Positions 55,090-64,000 of a stretch of DNA of 64,000 nt are shown piece after piece. The translations under genes were made by a program, and so were the position numbers. The stretch covers positions 19,963,245 to 20,027,244 of the forward strand of contig NC_134028.1 of NCBI RefSeq assembly GCF_964204645.1, read 5' to 3'. This DNA comes from Tubulanus polymorphus. Lineage: Eukaryota > Animalia > Nemertea. Below the pieces are notes generated by a model. That model ran no database searches and had not been told where the DNA came from. It was given only the letters and a program-made list of their open reading frames with translations. How positions within the stretch are numbered: the first letter of the stretch is position 1; the number at the start of each line of letters is the position of its first letter.

Positions 55090-57803
55090 ATAATAATCTA
55101 GGATTCGTACGACATTAATCAAGAAGATGTTAGCTCGAGAAACCATGCGCTCGTTACGAGGCCTATTTGTTAAAACCTATTAGATTAATAGGGTTCATAT
55201 GTAATTTTCCTATTGTATTTTCAATAACAGTTGCGATCAAAATACAGTCACGAGAACTTAACTTTGTCTGTGGCCTCTCAATTAGAAAATCAATAGTTCC
55301 AACTTCGGCACGTGTCTAATCAAAGGGTGGGGTAAGAGAGATTTAATAAAGTTATTCTAATTGACGCAACGATTAAAATTTTGAGATGCTCCTTTAGTCC
55401 ATTCATCATTTAGTATAAGTGACAGTGAGAATGTTGAGTCAACACCTTGTGGCTACAAAAGATGTTAGATATGTCCTATTCTTAATCAAAGAAGAGGAGC
55501 TTGTGTAAATTGTTATGCATAGCATGTTACAGCCTGGCACGTGGGGCTGTTAAGTAGACTTCCCTGGACATGAGAATGACCGATGCCCAATATTCATTGT
55601 TACCGTCACTGCCATGGCAACTGTTTTATGTCCATATTCCAAAAAAGTGACCATATGGTCATTGGGGCTAGATTTTGGAATTCACATGATATATGTGTGG
55701 TATCTTATTGTCGGAAATTGAAGTAAACTTTACACGGTATCAGATTTTCTCGGAAAAATCTGCATTTGTTGAGATTTATTGCCATGGCGACTGCAAAATC
55801 TTTGATTTTCTCATTTTGTGTGTGTCTTTTCGGCAAATATAGTTACATATTTGATTTGCCTCACAGGTTTAAACAATTTTTCTATAACATCTTCTTCACA
55901 TAATTTGGTGTATTTTGAATATAACCTAAATTTAAATCACCCGTACGATACCAAAATATCCTCTCTTAAACACGGGAAACGAAGAGTCTGGAGTTACCAT
56001 GTTTAGAAAGTTTTTTTTTATGGAAACAGAGTTCCTCTCTCAAAGTAACTTTCTCATATCAAGAATGAATCGTGTTACACTAGCACCAGTGGCAAGTGGA
56101 CCTACCTAAGATAGTGACTGGTCACACTTCCCTGCTGGAACCAATCAAAGACTATCGCCGTCATTGCCATGGCAGCCATTTTGTTTGCAAAAGATTGAAA
56201 AGGCATTTATATTCGTATCATTCTCTTTTCAGGCAAAATGTTTAAGTCTACTGAATAGCCCCACATGCGATGCCAAGCTGTAACATGCCATGCATAACAA
56301 CCCAGAATTCAAAACATAAGCTCCTCTACTATCAGGATGAAAGGTTTTACAGTACGGTTACAGTCGACAAATTCTACAAACTTTCGATTGTAATTCAAAC
56401 AAGAGGTCCATGGGCGTTGAAGTTTCGGTTATAATGTTATGCATAGAATGTATAACCAGGTGACATCACCATTCTTGGAAAAATACCTTTTTCCATTCTG
56501 ACTTAAAGAACACAGTGACCAAATGTGTAAAATCATTTCTATCGGTATACGACCGCAGTAACTTAAAAGAGACGTAACCGATTTTACCAGCATGCGTTTG
56601 TCTTTCCGGGGAGAAGGGCACTATACTAAATATTTGCGGCCTAGACAGCAAATAAAAGAAAACAGTCCAAAGATTATTTTTTTCAGGGCTAATAAACCGT
56701 TCGAACCTTCTGAACAGCCACAGCAAACACCCCTCAGAGTTGAAGAATATGGCAATTGAATAACTTATTGAAACTAATTATTGAAAATCTTTTTATTGCT
56801 ATATTTAATGTTTTTGACGAAAGTTTTTAACGAAAAGTTTACATTGCATATAGGCACAATGACAGGTAATCTGTCAACATTCTATGAGTTGTATAACAAT
56901 ATTGATAAAAAGATTTGAGCACAAACATAGGAACTTTTAGCTGTTTTATTAAGATAATGACCATTGCAAAATCTATTGTAGCGGGACGTTTCGACATAAA
57001 ACAGTGTAGCCTCATCTACAATTACAATGTACAGCAGTTATTTTAATAAGCACAAAATTGCAATGAAATTTTTGAATATAGTGAGTACACTGAATTGATC
57101 CGCAGCTAGAATTTAAGTCGACACCAAAGAAAAATCGTTAAACACTTCGGACTATCAACAATACGTCAACATCGCTTTGTTATTTTTCACCACATCTAGT
57201 ACATAGCACCAGAACGAATTGATTAATGGTGGTGATAGGCATTCGTGTGTGAGGCATATTTAAACTATCTACTCCCTCTATGTGGTCGGACCAAATTCAT
57301 GCAGTCTTTAGTTCTTTGGCAACTTGATGAAACATAATCTCTTTAACTTGATATTTGGTTGACCTGAGAATTATTTCGCATGTTACTGATGTGTATACTA
57401 TTCAATTATTTCGAGTCAATTATTTCAATTTACGATAAATTAAGAGTATATATTATCCTCTGCAAAAATGCATGCCCAATGCTACACAGCAGACGTCTAC
57501 CCATGTTTTCAGCTTAGTGTCGGATATCGATCAGAACTACATTCGCAGAAAATTATTGAAATATGATATCAGATATTTGAACACTAACGTTTGAAAGTGG
57601 ATTCAAATTCCATTCACACAACGTGGCTGAATGAAATTAGAAAATTCAGTACGTACGCATTACATAGATAGATAAAGGCAGTCGATTATTTGATCTGATA
57701 ATTTAATAACTTTAGTGTCATTATCGATAAGATATGAAGACTTACCCGTTACTAAATAGATTACTGAAATCAACACAATCGTTTTAAAGATGTAATAATC
57801 CAT
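19081..57803 (-). CDS. Polycystin-1-like (PKD1/PKD1L/REJ family) protein, about 45 exons, roughly 3,700 aa
   Basis: Hand-spliced exons give a signal peptide (57803-57746) and a WSC domain (51113-50993, 50903-50707; FVGCF...CQQQC...YAGVTEGSVCLCG). These are followed by several PKD domains (DFGDG/EFGDG; 36972-41496), REJ (CVTNCQTKMNPS, LPTG) and GPS (CLYWN...WSNAGC...CKCTHL^TTFG; 29039-28460). Next come TM1, PLAT (GTTAQV...IWHDNGGKNPSWF), HIWLSVF...FTRVQRLTCC, LPWWC and the TOP/channel region (YSGGGY, WLDKNTR). A coiled-coil last exon ends at TAA 19083-19081. The link of exon 1 across a 6.6-kb intron is inferred from phase and hydrophobicity. Confidence 0.93.
19548..19590 (-). ncRNA. Degenerate minimal hammerhead ribozyme (Penelope-like remnant) in the last intron
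   Basis: CAC-CUGAUGA-a-GCUUCUA-ugcau-UAGUAGC-GAAA-UCUC-GUG. The core is intact, stem II has one mismatch, and stem III is not palindromic. Confidence 0.5.
21847..22731. mobile_element. Non-autonomous element (Helentron/HINE-like) with four 154-bp internal tandem repeats
   Basis: Units start ttcaacgccccctggt at 21923, 22077, 22231 and 22385. The motif cgggccca occurs near both ends, and a terminal hairpin ttgcatccgatgcaa is followed by an A-run. The class assignment is inferred. Confidence 0.6.
26544..27039 (-). CDS. Polycystin-1-like exon encoding TM2-TM3
   Basis: Conserved PKD1-family motif DGHIWLSVFKRPPKSNFTRVQRLTCCL. Confidence 0.92.
32237..32353. mobile_element. Short MITE
   Basis: Inverted ends aacctttcagtgc / gcaccgaaagggtt. 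Confidence 0.45.
35092..35575. mobile_element. MITE (family shared with 41548-41756)
   Basis: TIRs aaatcccacaataattcagccaaa / tttggctgaatttattatgggattt. Confidence 0.7.
36972..39251 (-). CDS. Largest exon (2,280 nt) of the polycystin-1-like gene: PKD repeats and start of REJ
   Basis: The 769-aa ORF has repeated VxVxAxNxVS and DFGDG motifs and the REJ-start motif STYDPDDP...FDWYC. The boundaries are AG and GT. Confidence 0.93.
39427..40185 (-). CDS. Polycystin-1-like exon encoding PKD domains
   Basis: YTYATPGSRTVVVNATNMVS and YEFGDG...HRFSNPGNFTIKATLKNPLGS, with canonical splice sites. Confidence 0.9.
40937..41051. mobile_element. Palindromic MITE
   Basis: ctgggcccgattttataga...gggggctaa / ttagccccc...tctataagaccggccccag. 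Confidence 0.65.
41548..41756. mobile_element. MITE (family shared with 35092-35575)
   Basis: TIRs gagaaatcccacaataattca / tgaattattgtgggatttctc. Confidence 0.7.
43359..43819. mobile_element. MITE
   Basis: TIRs cggttgctcaaaggttggt / accaacctttgagcaaccg. Confidence 0.7.
44590..44850. mobile_element. MITE
   Basis: TIRs tatggtggctgattcgggccatact / agtatggtccgaatcagccaccata. A similar end occurs at ~46605, just before the 31-bp array. Confidence 0.7.
45321..50142 (+). mobile_element. Helentron-associated non-autonomous element (HINE/DINE-1-like) with nested repeats
   Basis: The 5' end has a hairpin tagggttttctgt / acagaaaacccta (45326-45357) followed by an (ATT)n microsatellite. The 3' end has the subterminal repeat cagaaaaccc (50106-50115), a short hairpin gctgc-ttt-gcagc and tatatttt. 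The flanks are T-rich. Confidence 0.7.
46716..48780 (+). repeat. 31-bp minisatellite, about 66 copies
   Basis: Consensus ttttggttttatcgcccgcgacaattcatta. The period of 31 explains the three-frame cycling ORFs in the track. Confidence 0.97.
53420..54420 (+). pseudogene. Intronless class A (rhodopsin-like) GPCR, FMRFamide/sex-peptide-receptor-like, disrupted
   Basis: Motifs present: TM2 ACFDLSFL, TM3 SRNWSVVLLSVDRLVVISFPL, TM5 IFPTCFLIVVN, TM6 FFLICEIP and TM7 NSVGNFFI. There is an in-frame TGA at 53710-53712 and a frameshift/deletion in TM1 after MTSVTNSS... Confidence 0.82.
54480..54997 (+). mobile_element. Decayed Penelope-like element reverse transcriptase fragment
   Basis: Broken frames give DVVALYPSIP, GTAIG, KPKLWKRFVDDT and TDLYTKPTDTHQYLHF, in the order expected for PLE RT. 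Confidence 0.8.
54998..55086. repeat. (AT)n microsatellite
   Basis: Uninterrupted AT dinucleotide run of ~90 bp. Confidence 0.99.
57746..57803 (-). CDS. Putative exon 1 (signal peptide) of the polycystin-1-like gene
   Basis: ATG...MDYYIFKTIVLISVIYLVT-G|gtaag. The phase-1 donor matches the phase-1 acceptor of the WSC exon at 51113. Additional small exons in between cannot be excluded. Confidence 0.6.
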
Positions 57804-58000
57804 TGTAATCTTTTAATCCTATGAGTGGTAATCCGTCATCATCGATTGAATGGTAATCCGTTAATCCCGCGTTTACTGATTATCCGCTAATTCAGTGGTA
57901 GTGATGATGATGACTATAGTCATTGGCTGAACTGATTTATTGATGTCGCATCAGATTTTTTTATACCGGGATCATCTGTCACTCAAACCCGAGACGTTAG
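57796..58000. promoter_or_regulatory. Putative compact bidirectional promoter (polycystin-1-like / BHMT-like)
   Basis: Lies between the minus-strand ATG at 57803 and a probable BHMT 5'-UTR exon ending gaag|gtaaac at 58077. It contains an inverted CCAAT (attgg, 57922) and a TAATCC cluster. No transcript evidence is available. Confidence 0.45.
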
Positions 58001-58774
58001 AGAGGAGCACATCTCCTTAATTAAACACTGACGACTGGCATAAATTACCTGATTACATATTTTCGACTTCTGTGAAGGTAAACTAATTTAATGTTCTAAT
58101 CATTGTAATTGAAAGTCGATTAAGATCTGATCGACAAATTAAAATCAGCAACGAATTAACAGTGATATATAGATTAATTACCCCAGTAATTAGTTCTAAA
58201 TTAGCATAGATACAATGGCACCAATTTGTATCACAAAAACACATCATCTAATCATCAACTCAAGAAGGCTTTTGCCCATATTGTCAAAATCTAGAATCCT
58301 TGTGACTTCATCCCTCAAACAGCAGGTCCCCGCAGCATCCAGGAATTTCGTATGAACCCATAAAAACCTTAAACACCTTCATACATGGTCAAATTGAATG
58401 GACATGATAGTGTTCGTCGATATCATCAGAAAGGGCAGCATCTCATGCTGCTTTTGATATCGCGGATATTCGTCACCGTGAACTGGTGCAACCTTTGGGG
58501 GAAATCTTTTTCCCAATTGTTAACGGTCTAGTAAATGATTTAATATACATAAAAACTCTCATTCAAGTTGCCTAGACGGAACCTCATAGAACAACAACAA
58601 CAGAATATACGAGTGACATGTATATCAAGGCAATCAATTTCTATAACCATCGAATGGGACAACGATGGTTGACCTAATAGTAAAATGTGTTTTCTGTAGA
58701 ATTCATAGACCAGTTTGGAAATTTTTGTCAAACGTCAAACGATTCAAGGTGGCTTTATTTGCAAGATACTAGAT

Positions 58775-60760
58775 ATGGCAGCTAAACCGAATATACTGGA
58801 GATATTAGCAAAACGCATAATCATTGGCGACGGTAGTTACATGAATACATTCGAAAAAAGAGGATATGTGACTGCTGGGCTGTATACTCCTGAATGCGTT
58901 CTAGAACATCCTGACGCCGGTAGGTTTTACATGTTTCTGACTTATTTCTACCCACATCCCAACTTTACCCGATCAATTTTAGCACACCTTCCTGTCTGCA
59001 ACAAAATCTATAGTTTTGTGGGCATCATTTTGAATTAAAACAATGACGAACTACGAGGCATCTGCCAGAAAAAATGTCCTTTAAAATAACCGTTGGGTTA
59101 TCTTCAAGTCAAAACGGATTAGCCGATAAAAGAAAAATCATTAATTTGCCATTTTTCAGTCAGTGGTTTACATAAAGAATTTGCTCGAGCTGGAGCTGAT
59201 GTAATGCAAGCATTCACTTTTCATGCGACGGATGGAATGCTTCAATGTAGTGAGTCGGCCAAAAATTATAACGTAGGTTGTGGTCTTTATCTATCTCACT
59301 CTTATTCAACTATTCAGTATTTCTATTCAACTATTCAGTCATACAAATTGTACTGAATGGTTAGTGCTAAGGTATTGATGTACATATCTATAATTTATCT
59401 TAGACATCTGAAATAAACCGTGCGGCGTGCGATCTTGCACGTAATGTTGCCACATCATACAATCTACTAGTTTGCGGAGGTTTGTCGCCTACACCGACAT
59501 ATACAGCTGGAAAAGGGAAGGCAGCAGTTCAAGCAGAATTCGAAAAGCAATGCCAAGTGTTCAAAGAAAAGGATGTCGATTTCTTTATAGCGGAGGTAAA
59601 ATTCTACTATTCAAGACAAAGATGGTATTCATTGGTATTTTACATTGGAATTTCACTATCAACAAATCGAACATTTGCATAACACTGTAGTGTCGAATGT
59701 ATACATGTATTTTTCGAATCCAGTTTTTCTGTTCAATCGAAGAGATTGAGTGGGCGATTGATGTCATGAAGAAATACAACAAACCTATAGCGTGTACGAT
59801 GAGAATAGGCCCAGTTGGGTGTATGGATGGAATCAGTGCAAAAGAATGTGCAGTTAGAATGGCTAAACGAGGTGTAAAATCATGCCCTCACTCTAGATAC
59901 ATCCCTCTTAATATACGTTATTTTTCAAACATGTTTCAATGTCGTGCAAAGTTTAGTAAATCATAATCGTAGGTGTTTGTTTTCAATCACACAGGGGCCG
60001 ATATTGTGGGTTTAAATTGCCAGTTTGATTATAACGCGCAACTGAAAACGATGAAATTGATGAAAGATGCCCTGAATGAAGCTGGTTTATCTCCATTTCT
60101 GATGATGCAGCCAATCGGATTCCTTTCTCCTGAAACTGAGTATCTAGTTGAAGGATATTCTCAACTACCCGAGTACTTGTTAGGTGAGCTGAAATAACAA
60201 TTGGATCGTCTCGATATTGAAATAAGTAATATTTAGATGCTTTTTCATTTTCAGCGATGGAACCACGCATTCTTACTCGTTGGGAATGTAGAGACTATGC
60301 CCGTAAAGCTTATGAACTTGGAGTGAGGTACATCGGAGGATGTTGCGGATTCGAGAGTTATCATATTCGTGAAATGGCCGAAGAGGTTTGTACACGAAAT
60401 GTTGCATTGCATTTCGATATCCAAATCACATTGGGAAATCCATTCGCATGATAATTCACATTATAATTACAGTTGTCCGAGGAACGAGGATTCAGACCAC
60501 CCGGAAAAGATCATAATTTACCATTCGCGGCTGGATATGGACAGAGTGTATATGAACATGATCGTCAAAAGTAAACTGATAGCCGGATAATCCTGACGTT
60601 TTTATACCAGTATCCACATTGCGCGGAAGCGTCTCTGTATATATCATGCTCTTTTATTTATTGCAGACACGGTAGAGATTATTGGATGAATCTAATCCCT
60701 AAAACCGGTCGTCCAAACAGCGCTGCTTACAACTCAGAAAAGGAACTCATTCATTTGTAA
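58775..60760 (+). CDS. BHMT: Betaine-homocysteine S-methyltransferase-like protein, 8 coding exons, 369 aa
   Basis: Exons 58775-58919, 59160-59272, 59404-59595, 59724-59871, 59995-60183, 60255-60385, 60473-60570 and 60667-60760 are all GT-AG and in phase. Motifs are IGDG...[30 protein letters not shown] and YIGGCCGFE (the Zn ligands), and EPRILTRW. Confidence 0.95.
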
Positions 60761-61139
60761 CAACAAACCCATTATGTTTTTTGTATCGATTGTGTGATTA
60801 TAGTATTGGTCCATTTGTAATCATGTAACGTTTTTGTTTTTTCATTCTATTTCTTTATCCTGTGAGTATCTTTCTTCTTAGTATGAACTGATACGATGAA
60901 TAACTAAATTAATGTACAACCTATGCCTTCATCTCCCAAATAACGATAGTGATCGCGCGAACGCCTAGTTTTCCCGATGATAACTTTTGATCAGGCCTTT
61001 TCTGAATGTAATGAACTTTTTCCTTCTCTGATAGGGATATTTGGAGAAAATTCATTACATTCAGAAAAGGCCTGATGATTAAGAGTCGAAACGATAGGTA
61101 CAAGGAAACAAGTCCCATCATTATCACTTTGGTGATCTG

Positions 61140-64000
61140 GTTTAATATCTGAGTATGCCGAACTAAGCCATCAACTGTCCTCATGTGTTGTCAAAAGTTG
61201 AAGATTCTCAATGCCGTCCTGGTCCAACTATACTTACATATGTAATCATTGGCAGGATCCCTCGCAATTTAGAGAATGAAATTAAACTAATTTAATATTA
61301 AACAGCTATACTTCGTGACGGAAATTTCCCGGTCATTGGACACCGTCTGGAACAACTGGGAACTCGTTTCATCTGCCCACCGGTTTCTGGGGGCACTGCA
61401 AACTGCGAACCGTCAATGAAATCAATACATCACTACATTCATTTATAATGCCGACTAGAATTATCTATTTGCATTTATTAACAAATAATTGACACAAATT
61501 TGAATCGTGTAGAACAAGGAAACCCGAAACCTAGAACTGAATTAGAATTAGAACATAGATCTTCTAGTATGATAGAATGTTGCTCGAATTATCCATCATT
61601 TCCGTGGCATTTTCTAGTTTTCTAGTTTCCCATTTGTTTCAAGCCTGTTCTCGAAGATCTAAAATTTGTTCTTGGATCTTTCACATTGTTTCTTGCGAAA
61701 TCATTAGTCAGCGATCTGTCCTTTCTAGAATTGAAGACCCTCGGCGAAAAGTCACCTTGTCGACCTGGTAGGTGCTTGATATCGCGTTTGACGATAGACT
61801 TGCAATTCAATTTGCTCAGTGGTCCCGATATGGCCTTGCCGTAACACTCGAAAGGACGAGATGATGCCTGCCAATCAAACAAACACAATTGAAAATGCAT
61901 TTTCTTTGGTGAACCTTTCAAATACAACACTGATAATCGCTATTATAAGAATACTAAGAGGTTATAAATAATTGCGACTTTTTCCAGTCTTGAATTGCGT
62001 AAAAACCCACAATATAGATCCAAAACAACAGCTTCTATTTCATTCTAACGTTTGGGGTGGGATACTTCAACCCATATTCAGAGATTTGTTTCAGATACCG
62101 AGAGTTATTTCTGTTAATTCGTCTTTCCATGAGGAATATCAACTGCACATAGGACCAATGAGGTTTGTAGACTTTAGGTTCATAAGTTAAGCTACGATGG
62201 ATTATTGGATCATTATTGACGAAATGCTTCGACGATTAATAAACGGCGTTTCCTCACCATGGACATATATTTACCTTGCTACGTGTACTTTCATATATGG
62301 CATCGGTTGAAACCCAGAAAACCGCCACAAAAATCACCAAAAAACTTATCAATTTCATGTTGTTTCCAAAAACTGCAATCAAATCATTGAAATAGAGACT
62401 GGTTCCCGGCTAAGCCAGAACAAGAGACTGGTTCCCGACTTTGCCAGAACATGGATTTTTGCGTAAATGATCTTACCTGTATGATGTGTGTTGAGATTTA
62501 ACGTGCTGTTGAAGCGACCGACGAATGTTTCATTTTGTCGATTAAATCTTGCGAGTTTTGTACATACATTGGGCTGAATAATATTTAAACAGAAGTTGCT
62601 GAACGGCCTCGGAATTAGCACTTCACTGTACTATAGATTTGATTCCAACTATTTACAGGATCGATTCGATTATTTTTGCCATGTTTAATCTGGGTGATTT
62701 GTTTACAGTCGTTGCTGGAAATTTGAAGTACGATGGAGGTTGTACATTTTTCATCCACACAATGAAATAAAATCCTGTAAAAGACTTAATATGAACTGTA
62801 GATTCAAATATTAACCAAACTTCGCCCGGTTCCACAATTCCACAGAAGAGTCGACTTGACGAAAATGAATCCATTTTAACCCTTGAATCAAATTCAACCG
62901 AACTTTGTCCAGGACTGTGGAATTAGACCCTAGATAAGCAAGTCCAGAAGTGTTGAACTGGGTCCGAAGCTGCCGAAGTATGCCCAGCACACTTAGATCT
63001 TGATTCACAACTTTCTGAATAAGTATAGGTCCAGAAGTTTGGAACTGTGTCCACAATTCAAGAAGTAGGACCAGGACTGTGTAACAAGGTCCACACACTG
63101 TAATGTAGGTCCAGAAGTTTTGAACTGGGTCCACAACTGTAGAAGTAGATCCAGAAGTTTTGACTGGGTCCATAACTGTAGATGTAGATCCAGAAATTTT
63201 GAACTGGGTCCATAACTGTAGATATATGACCCGAACTGAGGAATTAGCTCTGCAACTATAGAATTAGGTCCACAATGTGGAACTGGTTCTTCAACTGTAT
63301 AAGCAGGTCCAAAACTGTGGAACTGGATCCAAAACTGTAGGAGTAGGTCCAGAACTGGGACTGGATCCACAAGTGAAGTAGGCCCAGAACTGTGGAACTG
63401 GGTTCACAACTGTAAAGGTACGTCCACAACTGTGGAACTGGGACCACAACTATGGACGTAGGTCTCAGAACAGGCTAACTTGGTCTACAATTGCAAGTTC
63501 CATGCAGAACTATGGAACTTGGTCAACAACTGCGGAAATGGACCCAGAACTATGGAGCGGTATACTGTGGAACTGGATCTAGTTTTATGGAACTTGGTCA
63601 AGGAATGCGGAACTATGTGACTGCAGAATTGGGTCTCAACCTGAAAAAGTTTTGAATTAAAAAGCTATTCGATATTGTGCATTTTCTGTATTCGCAGTTA
63701 AATCGACGAGAACTTGCTCAATTTGGTGAAAAAACTAATTACGCCAATTGTTGAGACAACTGGTGTTGAGACAAAATTATATTTTAATAACGTTGATATT
63801 TGAGTTCATACAGGTCACTTGTCCCTAACGCTAACGCAGTGTATATCCCATGAACAAACAAACGGCCATTCAGACTAAACGACACGTTGTATTGCAAGAT
63901 CATATCGTTAATCTTTTCATTCTTTTCATTCGAACAAAATGTTTTCGTGGGGACGACACTTTTTTCGTTCTAACGAAATATGTTTTAATAGGAGGCATTC
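61140..64000 (+). repeat. Near-identical direct duplicate of 1-3023 (copy 2)
   Basis: Same match as copy 1. It starts ~380 bp after the BHMT stop and runs off the window end. Confidence 0.97.

Noticed and set aside
54913-55101. ORF with a poly-IY tract
   Set aside because: It is a translation of the (AT)n microsatellite.
56466-56726. Minus-strand ORF as an extra polycystin exon
   Set aside because: Its open frame has phase-0 boundaries that are incompatible with the phase-1 junction on either side, and it has no recognisable motif.
1-64000. Terminal duplicates as the LTRs of a giant mobile element
   Set aside because: The interior is ordinary spliced host genes with no integrase, RT or transposase. 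The repeat boundaries lie outside the window.

Overview
This is AT-rich, intron-containing genomic DNA from an invertebrate animal. A marine lophotrochozoan-like source is an inference from gene and repeat content. A roughly 39-kb, about 45-exon minus-strand polycystin-1-like gene dominates the window (WSC, PKD repeats, REJ, GAIN/GPS, PLAT, channel TMs; roughly 3,700 aa by hand assembly). It sits head-to-head with an 8-coding-exon betaine-homocysteine S-methyltransferase-like gene, and its putative first intron holds a decayed class A GPCR. A 4-exon GPI-type Ly6/three-finger gene lies downstream. The first 13 kb is a repeat mosaic: three copies of a minisatellite-bearing composite repeat in both orientations, a palindrome with two minimal hammerhead ribozymes, and a 2.6-kb internally deleted LTR element with identical LTRs, an integrase chromodomain and an F-type env remnant. 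Window positions 1-3023 recur almost identically at 61140-64000, which suggests a ~61-kb tandem segmental duplication or an uncollapsed haplotype. All exon boundaries and identities were read by eye and no database searches were run.
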